NCBI GenBank assembly: GCA_951406725.2
Contig: OX597815.1
Coordinates: 11,036,001 to 11,100,000, forward strand
Source of the DNA: Octopus vulgaris
Taxonomy: Eukaryota
DNA length: 64,000 bases
Reading direction: 5' to 3'
The notes beneath the pieces were generated by a model that was not told the DNA's origin, searched no databases, and saw only the letters and a program-made list of their open reading frames with translations. The translations under genes and the position numbers were made by a program. This document shows positions 12,523 through 24,800 of this stretch, piece after piece (the stretch's first letter is position 1; each line of letters opens with the position of its first letter).

Positions 12523-13441
12523 CAGAACAAGAACACCGATTAGTAGAGGGACCAACAACTCCCCACAAAAGAAACAGCTATCCAGATGAAAGTCTATTTG
12601 GTTTTGTAGAAGAAAGAGGTTTACAGAATAAGAAAGCAGCCTACTACTACAATTGAATGAAGCAGGAAATAGCGAAAAGAAGCTACTAGTTCTGAGCAAA
12701 ATTGATGGGGGAAAGTTATATAAAGTAAGGGAAAAAGATGGATATCAAAAACATCACAGACTTAAACGACCTTATATATTGTGCAGTCTGTCGCTGTGCA
12801 CGCACTTGGGGGTTAAAACTGAGAGAAAAACGAAAGACAAAACCCCATGGCTGGAACAAAAGCTTGAGAATTAAGCTGAACAGCTCAAAAGAGATCTTGG
12901 ACAGATAAATGCAATCATAGAGAAGACAAGGGGAAGGAGAAAAATAGGAACGAACTGTAAAGAAAACACAACATAAGACAGAACAAATGCAAGCAGTTAA
13001 GACCTAAAACAAAAGAATCAAAGCAGTGTCGGATAGAAAAAAAGATACCAGCTGAGAACAAATCAGTTCCAGTAAAATAGACCCTCCAAGAACAACGAAT
13101 GAAAATTCTATAAACAGTTGAACAATGAAAAATATCATCAGGGTAATTATATAACATGCTGAAGGAGCAAGAAAATTCTGGGCAGAAATCTGGAGCAAAG
13201 AAGTTCAGCATAATAAAAAAAAAACAGGCTGGTTACGGGAATTTAAAAGACAAATGGAAGATGAAGTGACAGAAAAGAGTATAACAATCACGGATACGAA
13301 AGTAAAAGAGATGACTAAGAAAATACCAAACTGGAAAGCTACCGGACCAAATGGTGTCCAATGCTTCTAGCTAAAAAAAAACCTCCCAATATACACACTT
13401 ATATACAACCGTTTTTTATTGACTGCATAGAAAAAAGAACA

Positions 13442-13708
13442 AGTGAGAAATTTGACAAGACAGTCATTCACCGGCTGACACTCGCTGACGATACATCGAA
13501 GAGGTCAGGGAACAGAAGAAAGAAGAAGAAAGAAGACATGCACCCAACACCAGAGCTGAAGACACCTCCGAAAGGGGGGGGGGGCGCCACGGCAAAACGG
13601 TAGAGGAGTAGGGGACGAAACCGGACGTGGTTCCTCCTGATGATGTCTTGAGCTAACTGGATCCTATAAAGGGGCTGTTGTGGTAGCAGACCACGAAACA
13701 CGGTTGTA
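13442..13708 (+). mobile_element. 267-bp multi-hammerhead insert interrupting the R4 RT frame
   Basis: R4 reads DCIEKRT|IP.WMTKGRT across it; ctgacga 13485, ctgaaga 13556, ctgatga 13637; gaaa 13617 and 13695. Confidence 0.65.
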
Positions 13709-14310
13709 ATTCCCCTGGATGACAAAAGGAAGGACAGTGCTGATCTGATACTGAAGAACGAAGAAAAGAGAATGGGTACTCAGCTATTATAGACCTATTG
13801 CTTGCTTACAATTACTCTGGAAACTATTTACTGGCCTCATAGCAAATGAAGAGTATAATGTTCTGGAAAAGGGAACCTACTGCCAGAAGAGCAAAAGAGA
13901 TGTAAGAAGAAATCAAGAGGAACTGGTGATCTGCTATACATAGATATATCAAATGAGGTACGAGTAAGGTGGAATAATTTAGTTGTTGGGTGGATAGATT
14001 ACAGGAAGACCTAGGACGATGTTTCTCAAAGCTGATTCTTGGAACGACTGAGGACGCTCAGAATCAATGAGAAGATAAACAGCTTTCTGAGAAAACAATG
14101 TGAGAATAAGAAGTAGAACTGACGTGCAAATGAATCGCTAGGTTACGTGAAAATAAGCAAGAACATTTTCCATTCCTCTTCATCATTGCGCTAATTCCTC
14201 TGACAGGTATAGTGAGAAAATCCAGATCTTCCTATGAGTTTACCAGAACCAAGATAAAAATTAACCACTTATTTTATATGAACGACCTCAAGACATTTAC
14301 AAAAAAAAAT

Positions 14311-14447
<137 letters not shown>

Positions 14448-14454
14448 TTTATTT

Positions 14455-14856
14455 TATTTTATTTTATCTAGTTTCAGCTCACGAGCTGTGGCCATGCTGG
14501 GGCACCGCCATTTGGTGTTGCTACATGATTTTACTTCACGAATGCTTTTTAGCAATTGCCATTTGGTGCATGAGAGAGTTCGATGCAGCTGCCCACATCT
14601 GCACCTCCTGCTGTGAAGTTGGTTCATCTGGGACACCTGACAGGAAAAGATCCAGTTTTATTTTAAAGACATCTGCATCCACCCCATGCAGGTCTCTCAG
14701 GTTCTTCGGGAGGATATTGAAGAGCTGTGGGCCTCTGAAGCCCAGGCTATCACAGTGTCTTGTCCTACATCTTGATGGCAAATTTGGAGTCCTTGGCACT
14801 ATGCAGTGGCGCCCAGTTCTAGTATTTGTGTAACTTTCAATGCCAAAGTTTGGGAC

Positions 14857-14857
<1 letters not shown>
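14455..14857 (-). pseudogene. CR1-group LINE 3' end inside (AAT)n
   Basis: SLGFRGPQLFNILPKNLRDL...FKIKLDLFLSGVPDEP...SNSLMHQ. Confidence 0.8.
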
Positions 14858-14916
<59 letters not shown>

Positions 14917-15510
14917 GGGTAAAATTAATTAATTAATTAGTAATTAATAATTCCACCAAGTAGTGTTCAGCATGTTAAAAGGACCGTTTTCGGTAAACTT
15001 AATCATTACTTTTTATATTTATGAGTATAATTATAATTTAGGGTTCAGCAAAAAGAATTATACGTTGTCTGGGAGATTCTTCTTATAGTAGAAGAAATAG
15101 CAGCTATTTCTAAAAGTTCGGAATGTGGCAAAAATGGATTCTTTAATCCAAACAATGATAATATTCAATAAAGACATCAGAACGTAATTTGCTGTAGATA
15201 AATGTGCAGTACTATGAAGAGAGGCCGGAATAAATTTACAACAAGACAACACCATTCGATGATTATAGAATGAGGGATGCAAATACCTCGGAATACTGCA
15301 AGACAATAAAATAATGGGAAAGAGAAACTCACCAAAGAATACAAAAGGAGAATTAAGAAGGTGCTAAAAATAAAATTAAATGGAGCGAACATCATTTAAG
15401 CCATAAATACATGAGCAATGACAGAACTGAAATCAACAAAGATTGAGCTGCAGAACTTTGAAGAACCAGAATACTGTTAACAATGCGCAAGACACTCCAT
15501 TCTAAAAGTA

Positions 15511-15748
15511 ATACCTATTTCTTTACTACCCACAAGGGGCTAAACACAGAGGGGACAAACAAGGACAGACAAACGGATTAAGTCGATTACATCGACCCCA
15601 GTGTGTTACTGGTACTTAATTTATCGACCCCGAAAGGATGAAAGGCAAAGCCGACCTCGGCGGAATTTGAACTCAGAACGCAGCGGCAGACGAAATACCG
15701 CTAAGCATTTCGCCCGGCGTGCTGACGTTTCTGCCAGATCGCCGCCTT
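15511..15748 (-). mobile_element. SINE family C, full length
   Basis: TSD ttctaaaagtaatacc on both sides. Confidence 0.9.
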
Positions 15749-16934
15749 CTAAAAGTAATACCGATTGACTTTATCTGTCAAGAAGGCAAAGTGATAGAGG
15801 ATTACTAAACGCGGAAGATATTGTTGGTACAGCGATACTGGGGTTGAAAAAATATGTTGTACAACAAAAAAAAAAAAAAGAATGCTTTCGGCATCAAGAG
15901 ATACTAAAAAAATGGCTGAAGCAATAAGAGAATTCAAAGAAAAGAAGGAAGAAAATCAGAATGTACAAATGAGAAGAAATGGAAGCGACTGGCCAATCAT
16001 ACAACAAATAGGAAGTGTTAGAAGTGAAGCCCACAGGCTTTGGTTGACTGACGAGAACATGAAACGAGAAACAACTGAGGAACAAGCCCTTAGGAAAATC
16101 TGATCAAGGCAAAGATCGACAAAATTCAGCCAGACAGCAAACGCAGTGTCTGCAGGAAAGGAGACGAGAGTATCAATTACATTTTGAGTGAGTGCAGTAC
16201 AATAGCACAAAAAGGATACATGTGCAGACATGACTGCAGGCAAAAGAGTGCATTGGGATGTTAGCCGAGTGTGTGGCTTCAAAACAACAGAAAAGTGGTA
16301 TGTAAAGTGGTATGAACACAAACTAGTGGCTGTGGTAGAAAATGATAATTACAAGATCTTGTGTGATTTCCCGACAACGACTGAACATATTACTGAAGCA
16401 AGAAGACAGGATATGATGATGTTAGGGGACAAAAAATGTGTAAGATCATAGGTTTTGCAATTTACTATGATAGCAGAGTCAGTGCCAAATAAACTGAAAA
16501 AATTGAGAAATATTAGGATCTAAGCAGAGAGTTAAGAAGACTGTAGAAGACGGAGACTGCAACTGCTCCTGTAGTAATTGGTGCACTTGGCACAACACCA
16601 AAAATGCTATATAAAAGACTGAAAGCTACTGGAATTGAAATTCGCATTGTCAACTGCCAGAAAAGTCCTAACTACTCCAACGTTCTGCAAGAATCTTCAG
16701 AAAAATTCTTCGAGATTAGCTGAGACTTGTTGTCACCAAATCTCACGATAAAAAATACATCTGCTAACTAAATTAGCACGCACTAGCGTGACAACAACAA
16801 CAACAACAACAACAACAACGATCCTTTTTAATGCATTTTTTGCTATTTTTTGGCTATAACTCTCTAAAATGCTTTATAGTTATTGCCTTACGATCCCGAG
16901 CAACGCCGATTGCGATACTGCTAGTAGTGCTATA

Positions 16935-17103
16935 TAAAACCCTGAAAGCTAGAATTGAAATTCGCATTGTCAACTGCCAGAAAAGTACCCTCCAACTTTC
17001 TTGAGATTTTCTGAGACTTGAGATTTTTGTCACCCAGAATCTCAGGATAAAATACCTGCTAACTAAATTAGCACGCACAAGCGTAACAGCAACAACAACA
17101 ACA
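16935..17103 (+). repeat. Second copy of the R4 3' end with (CAA)n tail
   Basis: ctgaaagcta..gaattgaaattcgcattgtcaactgccagaaaagt repeats ~16619-16800. Confidence 0.8.
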
Positions 17104-17254
17104 GGACTATAACTTTTAGTGGAGGGCAGGAGTAAACCAACCTAATAATGATTTGAACCAGTGTTTTGTTGTATGAACCACGGGACTATAACTTTTAGTG
17201 GGGGGCAGGAGTAAACCAACCTAATATTGATTGGAACCGGTGTTTTGTTGTATG
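17104..17254. repeat. 79-bp tandem duplication
   Basis: ggactataacttttagtgg at 17104 and 17183. Confidence 0.9.
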
Positions 17255-17457
17255 GAAACTTTTACATTCCCTCGTTTCTGTTGTTGAAATATTAGAATTG
17301 TAAAAATGCACTTCTGGAAAACGAATGATTGCATATGAAGTAAATATTTAGAAGTTGCAGAAAAGTTTGCGAGAAATATGTAGAGAAGAAGAGGATAAGA
17401 ACGAAGGGGATGTGTTTCAGCGATGTAGGATGCGCGACAATCTAGGCATTAGAGTAT

Positions 17458-17900
17458 TCATCATCATCGTTCGACCCTGGTCGAGAGAATGGAATTTACT
17501 ATGTTACGCCAGACTTCACGGTCCGTCGTGGCATTACGGAGGTCTTGTTGCTGGATGCCTGTATCCCTGGAGATTACATCAGGGTAGGAGAGTGTGCGCC
17601 CTCTGGTATTGCGAGTAGATGGCTTCCAGAGGAGAAGAGTAGAAATTGCCTCGTTTTCAGCTCTACAACAATGTCCAGCAAACTTGACTCTCCTGCATTT
17701 CACAAGAGATGATACAGGTGGTGTCATATATTTGCATATTTGCATTTTGGTTGGATGACGCTTCCACGAGAGATTTTGAGCTCTCATAAGGAGGCGAGTG
17801 TAGGTTCCATCCAACCGCCTCTCAAGCTTCTTTGATAACATCCAGGTTTCTGAGCCATATAGTAGAATTGGTTCGACTGTGGCTTTGAAGATTTCAAGAG
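17458..17900 (-). pseudogene. RTE/RTE-X LINE 3' fragment with (TGA)n tail
   Basis: YGSETW.LSKKLERRLDGTYTRLL...FAGHC...DREVWR. Confidence 0.85.
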
Positions 17901-18142
17901 TATTAAAGGAGATGCAACGTGTTTAATTATTTAGTGAACGCCTGGCGAGGAAGAACTCCTTTGTACATTATGTACTTTTTCTAATAACTAACAGTGCCAC
18001 AAGGAAATCTTTGGAAAGATGGAAAATTATTCTCATTAACTATTTTCATGTTTTTGGTCCTGAGAGTTGAGCAACTTGAAAAAAATCCAAACAAGCGTAT
18101 TGAAAAGCATATGAAACACTGATTTATATACTTATTTACTCA

Positions 18143-18528
18143 TTTACTCTCTTTTACTTGTTTCGGTCATTTGAGTGTGGCCATGCTGGAGCACCACCTT
18201 TAATCGAGGAAATCGACCCCAGGACTTATTCTTTGTAAGCCTAGTACTTATTCTATCGGTGTCTTTTTTCCGAACCGCTAAGTTACGGGGACGTAAACAC
18301 ACCACCATCGGTTGTCAAGCGATGTTGGGGGTGGGGCAGACAAAGACAACACACTGACAAAGTACAGCAGGGATCGCCACCCCCTCCCCTGCCGGAGCCT
18401 CGTGGAGCTTTAAGTGTTTTCGCTCAATAAACACTCACAACGCCCGGTCTGGGAATTGAAACCGCGATCCTACGTCCGCGAGTCCGCTGCCCTAACCATT
18501 AGGCCATTGCGCCTCCACGCACGCACAC

Positions 18529-18574
<46 letters not shown>

Positions 18575-18765
18575 ACACATATATATATATATGCACGCAC
18601 ACACTATGTATGTTTATACATATATACAACGGACTTCTTTCAGTTTTCGTCTACCAAATCCACTCACAAGGCTTTGGTCGGCCCGAGGCTATAGTAGAAG
18701 ACACTTGCCCAAGGTGTCACGCAGTGGGACTGAACCCGGAACCATGTGGTTCGTAAGCAAGCTAT
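18143..18765 (-). mobile_element. SINE family B interrupted by a partial SINE A (18359-18516)
   Basis: Homology to 54852-55289 and to 1736-1890. Confidence 0.8.
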
Positions 18766-18894
18766 ACAGTTGTTTTAAAAGAAATGTATAATGCTTTTCA
18801 TAGTTCTCCCATAATCATAGAGGTCGTAGATTATCTGGAAAGCCCAAATTACACTTATTGACTATTTTTACCTATTTGGTGAGATAGATGGTTA

Positions 18895-19400
18895 GTGTTC
18901 GAAAGCGTTTATGCATACAAAGCGAAAATAGCTCTGACTTTAGTTTAAAAAGAGATATTGACAAACAATATTTCACCTGATTCTCGTTTCTTAATCGATC
19001 GAATGCTAACGTATTTAAAACATCTTCCCGACAAAACAGTTGAACATCTTTTCATACCCTCTTTGTATGTCTTATACTGTGGGAGTTGGAGATTGGGATG
19101 TATTTTGTCTTAATACCAGAATCTGCCAAAACTTTATCATAATTATAAAAGATACGGCCCAGATCTTCTTCATCAAAATATATATTGCTAATCCACTTGA
19201 TAAAATGAGTAATTTGCCCTTTCCAAACAACATACTTCTTAAGTGACAACTACCATTATAGGAAAAACCAGAAGACTATTGATTTCTTTTTATAAATAAT
19301 TAAACATTCTGCGTTTCTCAATATACTTAAACAATCTATTATTTTAGTGATGCTTTGATTGTTCTCGATTAACCAGCTGATCAATAAAACAGATTGGTTT
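18895..19400 (-). pseudogene. Highly decayed, internally deleted Nematis-type PLE remnant
   Basis: ISNIYFDEEDL...YDKVLADSG and KSELFSLCMHKR resemble Nematis thumb and C-terminal motifs. Confidence 0.45.
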
Positions 19401-19476
19401 CCTTCTTTAATATCTTAATGATTAAATTGTCTTAGCAGGCGGCGAACTAGCAAAATCGTTAGCACGCCGGACTGCA

Positions 19477-19515
19477 GTCAGACGACGGCTAAACTGGCTG
19501 AAATTTCGAGATCAC
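19477..19515 (+). ncRNA. Hammerhead-like motif with one core substitution
   Basis: gt-cAgacga-cggc taaactg gct-gaaa-tttcgaga-tc-ac. Confidence 0.5.
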
Positions 19516-19548
19516 GGTCAACAATATCCTTGTTTAAGAATTATACAC

Positions 19549-19665
19549 ATTTATATATATAGATCAAAGCAGTTTGATTCAAACTAGTTGGTACTCTTGA
19601 GTTTCAAGCGTGATGCTAGTCGTCAGCCGCTTTGAATCAAACTGTTTTGATTTATACATGTAAAT
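19549..19665 (-). ncRNA. Type I hammerhead (19590-19628) closed by a 35-bp hairpin
   Basis: Minus: GG-CUGACGA-CUAGC AUCAC GCUU-GAAA-CUC AA GAG-UA-CC; arms 19549-19583 and 19631-19665, 31/35 identical. Confidence 0.75.
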
Positions 19666-19731
19666 CTCAGTAAATTAATTGATTGCCTGTCTTTTGTTTG
19701 TCCACTAACTCGTGTGTGTATGCGCGTGCGC

Positions 19732-19767
<36 letters not shown>

Positions 19768-19769
<2 letters not shown>

Positions 19770-20088
19770 CGTGATCGACCAGGCTATTAGATATGACCGA
19801 CCAGGCTATCAGATATTGCTACATATCGCTGGTCACAATGCGCTTCGCATTGTTTTAGCCTTCAAATGACGCTACCCCGCAGGCTAAGTGATTAGGCCAA
19901 CAGAAGAAAAAGTGAGAGAAAGTTGTGGCGAAAAAGTACTGCAGGGATCGCCACCCCCTCCCCTGCCGGAGCCTCGTGGAGCTTTAAGTGTATTCGCTCA
20001 ATAAACACTCACAACGCCCGGTCTGGGAATCGAAACCGCGATCCTACGACTGCGAGTCCGCTGCCCTAACAATTAGGCCATTGCGCCT

Positions 20089-20090
<2 letters not shown>
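19768..20090 (-). mobile_element. SINE family A head with alternative 3' half (variant 2)
   Basis: Same as 44275-44566. Confidence 0.85.
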
Positions 20091-20133
<43 letters not shown>

Positions 20134-20299
20134 CATATGCACGCACACACTATGTATGTTTATATATATATCTTCCGCACACCTTTTGGCTTACACACAC
20201 TCTCTCTCTCTGTCTCTGTCGCTCTCTTTCTCTTTCTCTCACATACGCTTAATACATCACAGTAAAAAGTAGGTTCGACGAGAAGGATCGAATATTCTT

Positions 20300-20905
20300 T
20301 TCTGCTCTTGGCACAAGGCCCGAAATTTTGAGGGAGGGGGCCAGTCGATTAGATCGACACCAGTACGCAACTGGTACTTAATATATCGACCTCGAAAGGA
20401 TGAAAAGCAAAGTTGACCTCGGCGGAATTTGAACCCAGAACATAAAGACAGACGAAATAACGCTAAGCATTTCACCCGGCGTGGTAACGTTTCTCGTTTC
20501 TATTCTAGGCACAAGGCCCGAGATTTAAGGGAAGGGTGTCAATCGATTAGATCGACCCCTGTACGCAACTAATACTTAATTTATCGACCCCGAAAGGATG
20601 AAAAGCAAAGCTGACCTCGGCGGAATTTCAACTCAAAACGTAAAGTCAGACGAAATAACGCTAGGCATTTCACCCGGCGTGGTAACGTTTCTCGTTTCTA
20701 TTCTAGGCACAAGGCCCGAGATTTAAGGGAAGGGTGTCAATCGATTAGATCGACCCCTGTGTGCAACTAGTACTTAATTTATCGACCCCGAAAGGATGAA
20801 AGGCAAAGTTGACCTCGGCGGAATTTGAACTCAGATCGTAAAGACAGACGAAATACCACTAGGCATTTCGCCCGTTGTGCTAACGTTTCTGCCAGCTCGC
20901 GGCCT
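20300..20905 (-). mobile_element. SINE family C tandem trimer (variant tail)
   Basis: Three ~198-bp units with cacaaggcccga...gaaaggatgaaa. Confidence 0.85.
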
Positions 20906-21357
20906 TCTACAAGTATCGAATATTAACTAAACTGTGCTGTCTTTCGTCAATAGTACAAATCCTTGCTAGAGCAGAGGTCGGTCAAGGTTACCTTTGACCA
21001 TAGTCCTACTGAATCAAGACTGATATAAGGTTAAGCAACAGTAATCCAAAGCAGTAAGCAGGTATATTTAGGAATCAATTGGTTCTTTCAATTTTCCATG
21101 AATACTTTTAATGGGGCTTAGCTTTCATAGAAAGTGTGTGTATGTGTGAGTGATTGATAGGATGTGTGTGTGTGTGTGTGTGTGTGTGTTGAGTTGGCAG
21201 TAACATTGTGCTACATATCAATCATACTGATGTGACGGCAGCGTACACCAACTTGGGGTATGGGACCTATTGTTCTATAATAAAGTGTAGCATGTTGCTT
21301 TGCTTGCATAAATTGACTAACAACGAATAAAATAAATCCAAATACTTAACTGGTTCT

Positions 21358-21812
21358 GGATCATTTCGGTTTGAACTGCAGTTTTTTCTAGCGGTGTCAT
21401 ATGAAATTGTCACCCATGATTATGACCCTAGTATCGATCTATTGCATTTCAATCTGTTTTAGGGCTAGGGTTAATTAGGGTTAGTTAGGGTTAGGGATAG
21501 GGTTAGGGTTAGGGGTGGGGTGAAGGGTATCTTTTTTTCTTCACAAATGTAAATAAACCCAATCTGTTTCTTAAACGAGGGACATTCATACGGCACAGAA
21601 TGTCTTTTTACCTCAATAGACGTCATTGATTGGTTGAAATTGCAGAAACTGAAGAAAAAAAACAACAAATATCTTACAAACTATAGAATTTTCTCAATAA
21701 AGCCAAGAGAAAAAGATGTTTTATAAACACATTCTACCAGTATACGAAGTTTAAAAGTGTTTAGTTACGTGGAAATTATTTTTAAAAACTGCCGGTCAAA
21801 CCGAAAAGATCC
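21358..21812. mobile_element. MITE with ~28-bp TIRs and internal TTAGGG run
   Basis: ggatcatttcggtttgaactgcag ... ctgccggtcaaaccgaaaagatcc; same family as 24392-24800. Confidence 0.88.
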
Positions 21813-22661
21813 CTCGAATATTTGTGCCAAATTACTGTTCTTATAACGAGTGAATCAATTGATTATTTGGAGATAATCGGGTAGCAATTAATTGTTTTCA
21901 TTTTATTAAGGCGTTGGACAAAATACCTTCCAGTATTACGACTAAAGGATTAAGTTTAAATTTCACCGAGGTCGATTTTCTCTATTATTCCTCCGAAGTG
22001 ATTAAATTAACTGAGATCCGTTTAATCGACTAAAGCACTCCCACAGAATTTCAGATATTGTGACTATGTTAAAAATATTGATATTCTAATTCATTTAAAA
22101 ATTATGTTAGTCCATCAGAGTGGAATAACGTGGATTGAAAAATATTATTTTAAAATAATCTTAGACAATTGCTGTTATGAATTCACCATCTGTTATTAAA
22201 TATCACTGGAATAACAACAAGAACATATTCGCAACAAGATAAAATGTAATAGAATTTTTGTCTTACAATGTTACGTTGTTAAAAATATTCTTCTATTTAT
22301 AATTGACTGTATTTCATACTTGCTGAAAAATAATGCTTGAAAGGTTGCGTTATTTAAAGAAATTGTGAGGATTAGCTGAGAAAAAGAAAGCATTTTAAAA
22401 ACGTTTTTTGGTTATAATACTCGGAGAAGGAGGCGAATGACATTTACAAACATTTTCGCATGATTTACAGAAAGAGAATTCTTCGCTGTGGAAGTTACGA
22501 CTGATTCTTGAATCCAAGCACAATTATCACTAATATCGTCTAAGCTGTACATGATATTCTTATCTTGCTAGAATCACAAAAATTCATGAACTCCTTTGCC
22601 AAACGGTTCCAGCATTTACTGCAGTTGTCACATATTGGACACAGACATAATCAAGACAGAT

Positions 22662-23183
22662 GAAGGCGGCGAGTTTGCAGAAACGTTAGCACGCCGGGCG
22701 AAATGCGTAGCCGTATTTCGTCTGCCGCTACGTTCTGAGTTCAAATTCCGCTGAGGTCGACTTTGCCTTTCATCCTTTCGGGGTCGATAAATTAAGTACC
22801 AGTTACGCACTGGGGTCGATGTAATCGACTTAGTCCCTTTGTCTGTCCCTGTCTGTCCCCTTTGTGTTTATCCCCGTGTGGGTAGTAAAGAAATAGATAT
22901 TTCGTCTGTCGTTACGGTCTGAGTTCAAATTTCGCCGATGTCGACTTTGCCTTTCATCCTTTCGGGGTCGATAAATTAAGTACCAGTTACGCACTGGGGT
23001 CGATGTAATCGACTTAGTCCCTTTGTTTGTCCTTGTTTCTCCCCTCTGTGCTTAGCCCCTTGTGGGTAGTAATGAAATATATAAACAAGACAGATAAGGT
23101 GGCGAGCTGGCAGAAACGTTAGCACGCCGGGCGAAATGCGTAGCCGTATTTCGTCTGCCGTTACGTTCTGAGTTCAAATTCCG
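22662..23183 (+). mobile_element. SINE family C dimer plus partial third copy
   Basis: aaggcggcgag...ggggtcgataaattaagtacc repeated. Confidence 0.88.
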
Positions 23184-23559
23184 TATTGCATGTATTCATA
23201 GGTAAAAGCCATGCTGTCACCTGCTTTGATTCCACCATCTGATACTTGTTTGTCTTCATCCGACGCTACACATTTGTCCGGGTGTCCATTTGAAATATAT
23301 TCTATAACTATAAGTCTCTTACTCCTTGGTCTATCACGGAGATCATGAAAAGCACAAGGAATACTGTTCTGCTTTCCTAAATATCAAAACCTCAGGAAAT
23401 TTTACTAATTTCATAACAGCCATATGTTATTTTCGGTATTAGAATTTTCACCAAAGTTTTGTTCAGTTATCTCAGTTAGCCAATTTTAAAAACAAGTCAG
23501 GATTGCACCACCTGTTGCGGGTTTCCGTCAGCGAAACCCGTTATTATTTATTAGTTTTA

Positions 23560-24132
23560 CATTTTAGCACAAGGCCAGCACTTTCGGGAAAGTGAGTAAG
23601 TCGATTACATCTATCTCAGTGCTTAATTAGTACTTATTTTTATCGAGAAAAGGCAAATTCGACCTCGGTGGGATTTGAACGCAGAACGTGCCGGCATGCT
23701 AACAATTCTTATTTCTTTATTACCCACAAGGAGCTAAACATAGAGAGAACAAACAAGGACAGACAAAGGGATTAAGTCGATTACATCGACACCAGTACAA
23801 AACTGGTACTTTATTAATCGACCCCGAAAGGATGAGAGGCAAAGTCGACCTCAGCGGAATTTGAAATCACAACGTAACGGCAGACGAAATACCTATTTCT
23901 ATTTCTTTATTACCCACAAGGGGCTAAACACAGAGGGGACAAACAAGGACAGACATAGGTATTAAGTCGATTACATCGACCCCAGTGCGTAATTGGTACT
24001 TAATTTATCGACCCCGAAAGGATGAAAGGCAAAGTCGACCTCGGCGGAATTTGAACTCACAACGTAACGGCAGACGAAATACCGCTAAGCATTTCACCCG
24101 GCGTGCTAACGTTTCTACCAGCTCGCCGCCTT
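23560..24132 (-). mobile_element. SINE family C multimer
   Basis: Repeated core. Confidence 0.85.
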
Positions 24133-24391
24133 AACGACTTTTATTTATTAAGAATGGATAAACGCTATTTATGCTATTTTTTAAGAATCAATACTATATT
24201 GTGATTCACGCTGTTTTGCAACCTGTAATAATTTTATTTTGGTTTGGCAAACCACTGCACGCATCAACAACAGTTTTGTTCAACGATTTCTATAGACTGG
24301 AGCGTCAGCTGTGATTTAACTTTAAGGTACCGGGTGATGTTTCATAATGAAGGCGACAATTACACCATTTCTAGAGGTCCGCTTAAGTTCC

Positions 24392-24800
24392 GGATCTTTT
24401 CGGTTTGAACGGCAGTTTTTCTAGCGGTGTCATATGAAATTGTCACCCATAATCATGACCCTAGAATCGATCTATTGCATTTCGATCTGTTTTAGGGTTA
24501 GGGGTGGGGGAAAGGTATCTTTTTTTCTTCACAAATGTAAATAAACCCAATCTGTTTCTTAAACGAGGGACATATTCATGCGGCACAGAATGCTTTTTAA
24601 CTCAATAGACGTCAGTGATTGGTTGAAATTGCAGAAATTGAAGAAAAAACACAACAAATACCTTACAAACTATAGAATTTTCTCAATAAAGCCAAGAGAA
24701 AAAGATGTTTTATAAACACATTCTACCAGTATACGAAGTTTAAAATTTTTTAGTTACCTAGAAATTATGTTAGAAACTGCCGTTCAAACCGAAAAGATCC
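24392..24800. mobile_element. MITE, TIR ggatcttttcggtttgaacggcagttt, 8-bp TSD (Merlin/hAT-like)
   Basis: TSD taagttcc at 24384-24391 and 24801-24808. Confidence 0.92.

Noticed and set aside
21459-21515. True telomere
   Set aside because: Short degenerate TTAGGG run internal to a MITE
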